A stretch of DNA of 63,066 bases, the filler included, from Choristocarpus tenellus KU-1152 (Eukaryota; Protista; Phaeophyceae), in assembly GCA_964200185.2 (NCBI GenBank). It is 10 parts of 10 records of this genome, joined end to end, with 100 filler letters (N's around TTAATTAATTAA, not from the genome) between each part and the next. Parts side by side here need not be neighbours in the genome. Positions count along the whole stretch, not along the records: positions 12,204 to 22,289 come from CAXNAD020003158.1; positions 22,390 to 31,365 come from CAXNAD020004142.1; 8 more parts are not named here. One strand, 5' to 3'. Of this stretch, positions 12,727 to 25,084 are shown piece after piece. A program made the position numbers and the translations under genes. Below the pieces are notes generated by a model. That model was not told where the DNA came from. It was given only the letters and a program-made list of their open reading frames with translations, and did no database searches. Positions within the stretch are counted from its first letter, which is position 1. Every line of letters begins with the position of its first letter.

Positions 12727-14348
12727 CTATCTTGACTACTACTCAAGCCTTTCTTTACCTTGCCTCAGACCTACAAGGTAACCATAATGTAAATGCTCCT
12801 GATCCACTAACTGTAGGTAGGTATATTGTAAAATGTGTAACTCTCCACAGAGGAGAAAAATCGGAGGGAAATAAATCAAGGAGCAATTAATCATCACGAG
12901 TGACTTGGAGGGGCTACGGAGCCACTAGCAAGCCCAAAAAATATACAAACAAGATTATACAGCAGGCAATGTGACTGTCTGAAACGAGACCCTGCTCCTC
13001 CTTTCTCCCCATTTCTCCATCCATCCTAAGTGCAGGAACATGATAGTTACATTCACTGTCCTACACAAAATAGAAAACATCCACATGGCATTCATGCTCC
13101 CATCGGAAAGAGACACTTTGAAATTAATTGGAAGTGCGACCTCTAAAGCTGCCAAGTGAGCAGCACATCTTCATGACACAGCAACCAAAAACCATTGACT
13201 AATCCACCCACCTTGACAAAAAGTACCACTCTGCTTTCCTTTAGGATATAGATAACATATATTGTTTGGGAGTACAGACACTGCTATCAACCTTTGCAGC
13301 CACACACACAAATCCAGGTCAAAACATACACATATATATGACACCAATTTGATGCCGCCACTTCTTGACCGATAGTAGAGACCCAACGTTTGTTGCCTTA
13401 TCTGAAGGGTCAACACTGCTGTGTAGTAGGGGTAGGTATATGAAGTAACCCTCTAACCTTCAACAGCAATACCTGCTTGTCTTTCAAGATGTACTCTTCC
13501 CTTTCTCCATATGTTAGGTAACATTGCCATTCACCCTTGCATGATCCCACCACTATTCACTGGTCCAACAGGCAAGAACAGAACATTTGGAAGATAAATA
13601 TATATATTGAAGTATCGGGTTTGCATGTAGGCCTCCTTCCACCAGAACTGAAGCCAGAAGGGCACAAACTGCAAACGAATATGATATATTATCCAAATCT
13701 ACCCAACCACCCTCTCCCTTCACATCCGAAGTCTCCCACCTCTGAATTTCAAAACCAAGGCAAACACAAGTAATTCGCAGGGTGATGGCACCATTACGTG
13801 GATCTTTCAAAGCACCCTTAAGCAGGTACTAATATCAGAGCACCACCTGATACTTATACTAGAAAAAAGCAGCAGGTCCATGCACCTAGGGAACAGAAAC
13901 AAATGCATCATTATCCCTGCATTGGACAAAATCTGTTTTAAAAAAGGTCATTATCACTAGAGGAGTAAATGCAACGTAAGGAAAACTGATCAAAAAATAC
14001 ATCCATCAAGATATCGGCATAACACTAGCACAGGTGCACAAACTAAGCTTGTGCCAGTCAAACTTTTCAAGGTAATAAGAGAGGTGGGGAGGGGGACGGA
14101 GGATCAGTCTGTGACAGGAGACAAACTTTATACAATGATAGCATCCATCATCTGTACTACACCCCCAACACCGGTCCCAAACCATCTTGATCAGGGTGGT
14201 AAGGAACACGTTACAGCAAGGTCTTCCTTTGTGTCAGACTGTTAACGTAGAACTGCCCCTTTTGCCCCTCACCCCATTGCAATCCAAGTCTCCTCAATCC
14301 CCTCTCTCTAAGTTACTTTGCCCATGATACTCTATTTTACCTCACAAC

Positions 14349-17300
14349 TTAAATGCGGGTGTTCTGGAGTGCAAATAGTAGGATGTCCTTTGCCCCTTGC
14401 TTTTGAAGCTCGTCCATGATGGAACTGGAATCGTTCTTCAAAATCAAGGCCTGCACGGCAAACCAATCATCCTCCTCAAGCTGGGATATGGTAGGCGAAC
14501 GCTTCCCTGGTGTAACCTTGGAGACAAGGTTCACCGGTACGCAACAGGCAACAAGGTAGGAAAAGAGGGGGACAGGGGATATACAGAGCAGTACGAAGAT
14601 CAATATCTTGGCAGACCTGTGGCATCTACTAGTGATGGGACCAGGGATCAGTCATGGGAAAGTTTGAGTCAAAGTAACTTAGAAGGTAGAGTCACGTCTA
14701 TTTTGGGACCCAAAATCAAATGTTACGATTTTGATGTAATTTTGGCTATCATGTTTGTTAGGAGATGTCAATATCCCTGTTCTGGACACGTCTTTTCATG
14801 ACGTAAATATTTCACCTACTCCGAAATTTCGGAGTGGGCAAAATGTCATTAAAAACCCATGGGAAGCCAGATCCCAAATGGACAAAAAGGGAAAAACTCG
14901 TACCCTCTTAGACACTTTCAGTCCGTCACTACCTACACTTTCTGAAGGTATACCTTCCACTAATACTTCGCCATCATTTACCATCCCTTTAGATAATTTA
15001 CTTGGCCAATTCATAAAAAGTCGACCATTTAAGGTTGGATAATTAACTACCCATCAATGCATCGCCTTCCGGTCTACTATACCTTCAAAACAAAAGTAAA
15101 CTCTCTTTCCCTCCAAGTTCTTGAAAAAAAGCCATGCCAGACCAGACATCAATGTCCTTGGTTCGGGAACCAGTGGCAACGCATACCAACTTACATGCTC
15201 CATCATCCTTCAACATCTCAAACCAACACCTCAATGCTGTGATCGCACAAGCTCTCAAACAATCTGATGAAAGAAAGGCCATTTCCTGCGGGACACAATC
15301 AAGGTAAGTCGGTCCATTCATCCTGGATAATTACAGACGCAACCTCTCTGGTCTGGAGGATGTACACAGGACCAGGCTCGTCCTCATAACTGGTAGCAAA
15401 AGTGACATCCTCGTCGTCACAAACAAGGTTGGAGTTAGGGAGTACTATCTTTCCATCTTTTATTGGATGCCAGTGTACATATGCCCATTGTAACATCAAA
15501 TTACAATATCAAGGACAGAGTACGTTCGCCTTGGTCGACTTAGGGCATAATCAGCGAGACACACCGGTCCCCACAGCTGCCACACTTTTGAGGTGCAACC
15601 ACAGGTTTCATTACTTGGTTGCGTTACAAGTCCGCCACTTTGCCATACTATCCACATCACCATAAGGTGCAGTACAGTGCACTGATGCACCAATGTTTGC
15701 GATATATAGTGGTACTTGAGGATCAATGGCATTCACCCCCTCCACAATGTCCCAATACCTCCATGGTAAAGGGATGTTATTTCCTCCATAAACTTTATGG
15801 GTTCAAAAAGGTTCAAAATCCCTCCAATGCCGTAGTTCTTTTCGGAAAAACCTCACTTGAATGAGTCAAGTCCGCATGGCAAGTACCATGGGTTGCACAC
15901 TTGACCCACTCTACACGACTGCATGCCACACAAACGCAAGAAGCCCTAAACAAGGTGGAAAGCCTTCATTGCGGAGTGATGCCTAGGCAGGTCGGTGACA
16001 AGATTGAAGGAAGGGGGCAAAGTAACATGCGGTAAGACAACTCCACCCTGTACACAAGAAGGGATGCAAGAAAGGAGGCAGTGTACTAAAATAGTTGCAT
16101 GTAGTACCACTACTAGTTCCAATAACTAGAAGGTGAAGTAATGCAGCGAGTAGAGCTGCTTGACCACGGACTGCGATAGCCCCCAAGTGAAATTGATAAA
16201 TAAGTATATATATGTATTAAATAGATCACAAAACACAGCAATAGCCTGCTGCCCAGGCCTGCCCAATAGAGGCATGTCCTGATCCTATTATCGATCATCT
16301 CTCACCTACCCCAATGTGTTGGGGTTTAGAGGTTCACATCATCCCTTGTTTTCACCAACAATGTCTACAAAGTATTCATGGACACATGTTGCAGGGCTGG
16401 AATTTCTTCACACTTCCTCTTCAGAAATACAACCCTGGAAAGTGACTGTCTCTATCCATAACAATAAAAAAGTATTCAGCCCCATCATACGTGTTCTAGC
16501 TAAAGGAAAAGAACTGTGAATGCACCTTATTAAGGCAGCGGTACCACTTGGGGCGTGTTGATGCTGAGGAAATGTGAAGCAGTCCCAGCCCTGTGACAAA
16601 GAGACAAGGAAGATGAATATCCGAGAGCAACATGTATTCATTGGAACGTCAATGGACTTGGACACCTCTTCCCTTGGCAGCATAGCCTCCGCACAGTCAA
16701 CAGACTAACACCATTGCTGGGGCTGGATCTGGACATTCTCATTCTCCTCAGCCCTTCACATATGTCACAGTGAACACAGAGGTGGGTTTAACTCCAGAAC
16801 AATCAACCCTGGATAAGGATGACACGGTGATCACTGGCTGTTGCCCCCACTATCTTCAATACCACAAGAGTCAAGTCTCAAGGGCGTCGTAATTACCGAG
16901 TACAAAATTACAAACCTCAGGCCCTAATGCCCAGCGTAAGTAGAGATACCTCTCTCAGATCCATCATCTTACAATAGCTCTCTATGCTGGACTCAATGGG
17001 CCAGAACTTTAAGGGGGCAAAGATCCTGTGATCCCTACATCAATAGTACACAGTCACCAGAACTGGAACACTAGAGACTGTGACATCTCTCATAATACTA
17101 TGACACCATCAATAGCAAGTACTTCAAGTAGTGCAACTACAGGCCAAGAGACAAATCACAAGTGCCACAAAAATCTAAATTAGCCGCTGAAGAGCAATAT
17201 GCTTGAGGAGGGAGAAGCTAAGGAAGCCAGCTGATCTTTGTATCCAAACATATTTTGTTCTGATAAATCTTTGTGGCACTTGTGATTTGCCTCTTGGCCT

Positions 17301-20300
17301 GTAGTTGCACTACTTGAAGTTCTTGCTATTGATGGTATCATAGTATTATGAGAGATGTGACAGTCTCTGTTGTTCCAGTCCTGATGACTGTGTACTATTG
17401 ATTATGTAAGAATCACAGGATCTTTGCCCCAATAAAGTTCTGACCCATTGACTCAGTATAGAGAGCTATTATAAGATGATGGATCTGAGAGAGGTATCTC
17501 TAATTATGCTGGGCATTAGAGCCTGAGGTTTGAATTTTTGGACTTAATAATTACCGTGCTTTTGAGACTTGACTCTTGTGGTATTGAAGATTACTTACTT
17601 TCAATACCTACCATACTTCAAATTACTGGTGTACGATAGTTACTTCTATGGAACCTTAATCCACCCTTGCTTTATGCTTCTGGTTGGCATGGGCGATGCA
17701 ATACACACCTGTACTACAAAACAGGAACAGGGAAAAATCAAGTAACTACCAATTGATAAGGAAAAATCCCTCAATTAACTTCATCCTTGAATCATCTACA
17801 AGTCCCATTGGTCCACTTTCCACAGTGCAGAGACTCTTTACACCAAGCCTCCAAGCCTCCTTTCACAGTTCTTCCAGAGATACAGAAAGAGAGCTATCTC
17901 GCTCAAAACTACACATAGGATACATCCCGTCAAAGAGGCTTGTGCACCAAATGCAGATTGTTTACACCACCGATCAACATCGGTGCTTACAGAGTAACAA
18001 CAATTGTCACATTGAAGAAGGTATGCTGGGTGATCATGATTACCCCACATGAAGTACAGCAGTAGAGAATAGGAATGTGTCCCCCTGGCCTACCTGCACA
18101 GCTTCCACCTTCCCACAAAACGCCAATGAAAGTGAAGAACAACTGGGAAGGGCTGTGGTGTTTCCTCCCACACTTGAAAAGTTCTTATCAACTGTGAACA
18201 CGTGTCTTTTGCCTTGACCACCACAATGCCACATTGACTTCATGAATCGGACTTGGGGCGTGACCAGCCTCTTTGATATGTGGCTCAAAAGTATCTGGGG
18301 CGGAGAAGGGGGTCTACAGGAGGGTGTCCATTCGGGTCCTGACCTGGAGAAGTGCACTTACATTATCCATCCGATGGATGCAACCAAATCACCAAAAAAT
18401 CGCAAGATGAAAAAATTAGCCCCAAAATGGACTGCCGCCACCCCCCTCCAGATACTTTGAGCCTGATGCCCTCAGAAAAATATCCTGGTGTGTGTGTGTG
18501 TGTACCTGGTCTTGAGACTGTGATATGTTGACAATGACATTGTCCATATACCCTCAACTTTATTGTACACACTTTCACACACTTTGTGTTAATGCTAACA
18601 TGAATCACTTTGTCATTCCTTGAACATGTGCCCATCTTGCAGTGTTATCCCTTAACCCCACAGATCAGTAGAAAATGCTTTTCATAGCCCGTAGCTGATG
18701 ATGGATTTACATCCTCTTCTATAGCCAACACTTAGATTCGTGAGCCCTGAGGGAGAGAGGTCATGCTTCTTGTGGAAAAGAAAGACCCGTGTGATGATCG
18801 TTAGTCACACATGACGCCAAAAACTTCCATTGGGTGCAAAAGTTAACCTGTAATTACTGAACCACACAACTGCACCACACTGAAGATGTGCAAGTAGGGC
18901 GTGCAGGGATCTTTCTTCCAGAGGTATCCTGGCTTAGATGGGGATGTCATTGAGTATTCCATGCCCCTGTGACTCCCCTCTATTTCATTTTTTCTACCAC
19001 TTGGATAAGTAATCTCAAAATTGTGAGGTGTGAATAAGAACAAACTCTTTTCATCTCTTCTACCGCCACAGTGTCTTTAAGGGGAGTGAGCTACATTTCC
19101 AGCATGGGCATGGGATCAAACAGGATTTCTCATGAATAGTCAAGTATTGTAATGAAATTCTCAGCAATACTGCGTATCATTTTGTGATCGGATTTCAAAA
19201 ATATAAAGTAACAGCTCCAGTCGTCAACACAGACAGACATAGCCATGGGAATGGGGGTCAAACAGGATTTATCATGAAAATTCAACTATTGCAATGAACT
19301 TCTCAGCAATAATATTTATCACTTTGGGATAGGGTTTCAAGAACATAAAATAACAGCCCCAGCCTCCAACACACAACAAAACAAAAAAACTGGAAAGGTG
19401 AGTGAACTACCCTCTATCGGTAGAGTTTGAACTATGCCCATGAAACATACCTTCTTAGCCGCTTCTATGTTGGACTTGGCAATATTGTATGATATCATCA
19501 GGTACCTGCCGACAAAGCAAGAAGACAAAAAATAATCAGAGAGGAGATATACAGTGCACAGTAGCAAGGCCACGTTAAAAAGGGAAGGAACCAAGGGGAG
19601 GATACGCCTTGGAAGGCGAGAGAATGTTCAGTCCCTCACAGCATCCATACTCCACCACATTCACCAAACCATCGTAACTAGGAGATAACTACCCCTCAGC
19701 AAACAGACGATGTACTATTGATGTCAACACTATTCAATTTCAATAAATAAAATTGACATCAGATGAGGAGAGGACCCCCTCAAACGAGCCTGGAAGTCCT
19801 TCCACCACAGGCAAACAAAATACCACAGTACATAAAACCCACCCCCCTCACCCCAACGCATGTCTCACTTCTCAGCAGTGATGTAACCATCAATTCGGCG
19901 AACAATCACGTCTACCAGCTCCCGGTGCTTCGAGTTCTTCCCCACTATCAGCAGGCACTCAGACTGTACCACCTCTGCCACAATCTCCAACCCTGCCGCC
20001 TACCAAGGTGAAACACACAATTTCGGAGGTATGTGGTAAGCAACATTGAAGATGGCAAAAAACGGTTTCAGTTTCACAACCTTGCATCGAGGGTACTATA
20101 AACATACAATGTACAACTAGTACTAGAAAATACTTCGGAGTGGTACACAATGAATGTATATTTATTTATTCATATGCATGAATAATGGATTATGGTACAG
20201 ACGAGTTAATTTCCTTCACACAGTATGACTCCTTCAGTCCATCTCAGGTACTGCAGGAGATCCCCTCAGTCGGCAGACAAAGAGTAAAAGAAAAAAAATA

Positions 20301-21139
20301 GACTGATGACAAAAGTTCGCGCCTCCGGAGGATCGGTCGTTCCCCTTACCACCAACCGGGGGGGCTTTTGCCTCGCAGTGCCACCTACTCTTCACTCACC
20401 TCGTGCACCGGTAGTTAGATCAAGTCAGTCAAATATTTTCTACTGGATTTAACTTTATAACCACAAACGAAGTCTTCCGGTTCACAAAAAAAAAAGGCAC
20501 CAACGGACACACGTTCAGATCTTCACAACATCAACAAAAATATATACATTGTTGTGTACATTTTAACTACAGCAATACAAAACACCCCTCTAGTCTTCAG
20601 TGCAGCATTATTTGTGTTTGAACCAAGCACCCCTAATGAGAAAAGGCTTCACCACCTCTCCCAGCACAACAATCCCACTGCGCTGCATGCCCCCATGGAC
20701 TCGCCACAATACCATGCTTGGCGGGTCAGGACCAAGCCCGATCGCACCGAAGTGGATCGAATCTAAACTCGTAACCTTTAGATTGATTGCTCACCCCCCT
20801 CCCCTCCCTCCACACGGGCCATCTAACCTACTACTTAGAGGCCCGTTGCTGCACAGTAAAGGCATGTGGATGTGAAAGTAGATGCAATATTTGGTAGAGT
20901 ACCATGAGTATGAAACTACACTTGATTTGATAAACTTTTTACTCATTTGTTTTCCGGTTGAAAGGGAGGAGCGATGTCGAGATTGATTAGTAAAATAAAT
21001 ACACACGTCTATCCCACCGGTTCAATCTGACATGGAAGTAAAGTCGTTTCTATTTGTTTCGCAGCACATCAGTTCTCTCAATTTTCATACCCCTACCGTC
21101 CTCTCTATGGAACAGTGACCGTAACATTGACAACTTTGG

Positions 21140-21186
<47 letters not shown>

Positions 21187-22104
21187 AACAGAGTGAGGGC
21201 ATCATATCAGAATTGATGCACGTGCAAGATTAGATTAAAAAGACTTGGCCAAGGGAAGGTATACTGCTTTTGTAACAAAACTCGAGGGGATCTGGTACAC
21301 CAAAGGGAAACGCTTGAGGCACAGCCTCCAAGAGTATCATTTGGACCTCTGTCAAGGGGGAGTAAGGGAGAGAGGTAGGTAATATCAAGCAAATCGCACA
21401 CAGACCCTGCATTCATGCACTGTTTTGGCCAAGTTCCACTGGTCAAATTGCAAAGAGGCTCCTTTTGACTTGTCAACTCATGGAGCTCTACAAGAATAAA
21501 TAAAATCGATTGATCTTAACTGAACCATTTTGAGCAGTTGTACCAAAGACACAGGGGAAAGTCAGTCACACTTTTTTTAAAGTTTATTCCTCATTGGGCC
21601 TACTACAAATACCCAGTCCGCGTTCTCATTGTGACACTACTGGGTCACAATAGCACCTATTCATGTATGTTATCGTCAAGATCTAATCTACTTGATCATC
21701 AGTACAAGACATGTTAAAACCTCTCTGTATGTTCAGGATAGTTACAGAGGAATCAATGTCTCTCTTAGCGTTTCCTTCCTCAAAGTTGCGATCCCTCTTT
21801 TTCAGGTGCGTTTTTTTATTGACAAAGCACTCTATGATACCTCTCCAACAAAACCTGAAGAAAAATTATTCCATGAGAGAGATCCAGCATCAACTTAAGA
21901 AAAAAATATTGGAGCACACTACCTGTATTTGTACTCCAATTACAGCACATGATCTCAAGAAATGACCAAGTAGATTAGATCTTGAAGATTATGGACTATT
22001 TTTTCTCACCTTCATTGTGGTGCCAGTCTCCACCAAGTCCACAACAGCATCAGCCAGACCCAGCCCACAGGCTGTCTCCACTGAGCCAGATACATACTTG
22101 ATAT
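14349..22104 (-). CDS. hisG: ATP phosphoribosyltransferase (long form with regulatory C-terminal domain), 3' part
   Basis: Phase-consistent exons 22010-22104 (IKYVSGSVETACGLGLADAVVDLVETGTTMK), 19869-19999 (AAGLEIVAEVVQSE...RRIDGYITAE), 19451-19505 (YLMISYNIAKSNIEAAKK) and 14349-14516 (VTPGKRSPTISQL...GAKDILLFALQNTRI*). HisG signature GSVE..C.LG.AD..VDLVETGTTM and TPG..SPT present. Confidence 0.95.
14666..14923. mobile_element. MITE family B (~258 bp) in the hisG intron
   Basis: Ends GAGTCAAAGTAACTTAGA / TCTTAGACACTTTCAGTC; colinear with 34902-35160, 35288-35545, 41494-41752 and 43254-43512. Confidence 0.85.
16852..17591 (-). ncRNA. Long intronic inverted repeat (arms ~326 bp, 86-nt loop); candidate hairpin-RNA/miRNA precursor
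   Basis: 16852-17177 is the reverse complement of 17264-17591 at roughly 85-90% identity by eye, with several perfect ~30-bp runs. It lies in the last hisG intron. The inverted repeat is certain; the RNA function is inferred. Confidence 0.5.
18282..18463. mobile_element. MITE family A
   Basis: GGCTCAAAAGTATCTGG...CCAGATACTTTGAGCC; flanks TGT/TGA; homologous to 1302-1477. Confidence 0.85.
19101..19376. repeat. Diverged ~141-bp tandem duplication
   Basis: CATGGG.ATGGG..CAAACAGGATTT.TCATGAA...TTCTCAGCAATA...TAACAGC.CCAG occurs twice in tandem. Confidence 0.8.
21143..21182. repeat. (GA)n microsatellite
   Basis: Read directly from the sequence. Confidence 0.9.
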
Positions 22105-23619
22105 CTTATATTTTTTTTATTCATACAAAAAAGCCGAGATGTGAGCTAAAGATTAGTGGGATAATAGCAAGACCATAAAGGCTCGGAGGGGTTCGTGTGT
22201 CAGAATTTGAGATTATATCCAATTGCTCACAATGGGGGGCGGTGGGAGGGGGGACTTGGTTGACGCATACAGCAGCCTGCAATAACGCANNNNNNNNNNN
22301 NNNNNNNNNNNNNNNNNNNNNNNNNNNNNNNNNTTAATTAATTAANNNNNNNNNNNNNNNNNNNNNNNNNNNNNNNNNNNNNNNNNNNNCCCCCCTCCCA
22401 GATACTTTGGGTCTTGTCGTCCACCTGTTGGTACTACCAAGTACTCGTTATCTGATGATGAGACAAGAGAAGATCTTACCACAGTCTGAACAAAGTATGA
22501 TATGCTAAGGCAATATTTGCTGTGTATATAGCACGATCAAAGGACAACATTCTCTACACGCTTAGGGGTACGGCCTCAGGCACCACAATCTTTGAGAGAC
22601 TCTGGAGCCAAGATTTGGTAGTCCCAACCTCTTTTCCACATACATTTCCCAAAACGAGGTTTGAAATAGATAAGAAGCAGAAAACTCCTGCACCCTGGCA
22701 TAGTACGTCCTGAACCACGTACAATATACATATGGTTGAAATATATCAAAGTGCTTATTTTTCTATTTATGCTTGCAAGAGCGATCAAAAGTAGGTATGG
22801 CCTTACCCTTGTAATATGTGTTTTTGTTGCGGTGGAGCAAGTCTGGTTCTCTAGTTTACCTGCGCATTTTGGATAAACGGTGACTGAAACATGCACTTTT
22901 ATCACTACACTACGAAATAAAGATGAGAGCACTTGGGGCATGTACAGAGGCGTGGTGTTGTAACTGGGTCCTGCTGGAGCTATGGTGTATAGGACTTGGT
23001 GTGAACCTTGGTTTGAAAGGGATATGCTGTCTGACTCTGGTTGTGCAGTTAAACGATATTAGCCCTTTGTTCTTCGGATACATTTTTCCTCTCTGCTCTC
23101 TTCTTATGTACAAGACGATAGTATATTGCACACCTTGTAGAGGTCTTACTGTTACGCTTTTTTACCCTACTGCCTCCTTATTGATGCCTTGCAAGGTCAC
23201 TCGAGACTGAGGAATGGGGGATATAACTTGACAAAAAGGAAACGAGTCAGCCAGTAGAATATTTCGTATGCTACATGGGGAAAACATAAATACGTCCAAG
23301 TATGATGAAGAGAGAAGGAGCAGCAAAACATCCAGGGATAGGATGGGGGAGAAAGGTTCAACCCTCTACCGTTCTACATAAATCACCATCAAAGAACATT
23401 TTTCCAATCTACGAATCATTAAAGCTGGTGTTGTTCCATAATGTCCAATGGGAGGAAATCGAAGCTACCAAAACACTGCCAGAAGTCCTAGTCAACATTT
23501 AAACAAGCACCAGGCGTCGGCAAGAAAGATGGACGAGTCCTTGTATCATGTGCGGAAACCAAGGGTTGTGAGCACAAGTACTGTCAATTATGAATTCAAA
23601 GTGAAGAATTTTGGAAGGA

Positions 23620-25084
23620 CTATGGTACACGCCCGAGCAGTTGAAGGTGTGTTCCATTCTCCTTCTTCACTATGTTGGAATTTGCAATTGGAAATATCTG
23701 CCTCTTGTTGTTGGTCGGAAACGAGAATGCGTGCAAACGCTTCAGTTTGAGACGAACACGGAAGTATATGCGCGCGTTGTTGGCATCTAGATATCCCTGA
23801 GCAATTGGGCAATGACTGTTCTCCCCTTCACCCTTTTGTATTCTCGATTTCTCAGGTGTATTCAGTTCCTTGAATCCCACAATCAATCATCTTCATGGAT
23901 GGAAGCTTTACTGGGTTTGTTGGTGAACGCAGTTGCCATGTCATGCATTTATATGTATGTACATATGTATTGGATTTGTTCTTATTGGCAGTGACGCCCA
24001 ACACCAACAGGCACAGTGCTTGGTGTTGCAAGATGCCGTCCAAGTCTAGACTCCGTTCACCAAAACGAAGAACATGTAACACTACCATCTATATATGCTG
24101 TTGTCCGAGAGAGGCTCGGGGTGCCCACAGCTCACCCTCGTGTACAGGCACACTTCACTCAACAGTCAAGGCAAGAAGCAGTTCGAAACAACAAGAAGCA
24201 AGCCACAGTCTCAGCATATCACACAGATACATGGATTTGAGCATCAACTACTGTTGAGGATATCATCGGCAACTATCAAAAACCATTCATTGGTGACATT
24301 ATCGTGGCCTCTTGTTTGTGCGATACACATGATGAGACCACCAGAGGGACCACAACAAACGTCCCATTGCCAGCGATTTCCTCGAACACAGCCTCTGTAA
24401 CAATTTCTTTAAAGTAGAAAGGCCTAAGCAATACCACTTCAGCTACCGCACACTCTCTCCAGCACGCAGGGTACAAAACTCGATACCTATAAACCAAAAG
24501 CACCAGTCGCGACAAGAAAGTGCTCCAAACTAGATTGATCCGAGGAGCTGTTGTGCGCTCTCGCGGTTCCTTCGCCATGCACGTGCGAGGAACCGTCTAC
24601 TCGCGTTTACCACGCGAGCGAGCGGAGAGCGCCTTCTCTCCCTTCCCCCATTACATGCGTTCGGTTCATTCCTGAACCTGAAGGCACGTCTGAAGCGGTC
24701 CCTGGCAACAGCACCCAGGGCCATGACGAGCGTATTCGCCCACCACTGGGGTGAGGAGTTGTTGTTGTGGTCGTGGGTGTCGCTTGTGTCGCCGTAGGTC
24801 CAAGGGAAGCTCGTGAAGATACGTAAATCCATGTTGTCCACTCGGTGGCGAACAGACACCGTTTCCAGCGGTCGGTAGATGATGGGCCTGAAGATGCTGA
24901 AGTCCATTTTGGTGGTCTCTCTTGTGCAATTTACCTTAACCATCTCCCCATCCGGTGAGGAGTCAAATGGATCTTGCGGTGAGTTGTAGTTGGTGGATGC
25001 CCTTCTTGCGTCCCCATGAAAGAATAGGGGGAACGTCCCGTTCCTGTAATGATTCGTGGCGATCTCGCGCTCTTCTGCTGCCAT
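23620..25084 (-). pseudogene. Degenerate coding-like region, possibly a TRAF/MATH-type pseudogene
   Basis: GC-rich 189-aa ORF (24530-25099) followed by frameshifted, stop-interrupted Cys-containing frames and a segment GFKELN...GYLDANNARIYFRVRL reminiscent of a MATH-domain C-terminus. Resemblance by eye only. Confidence 0.3.
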
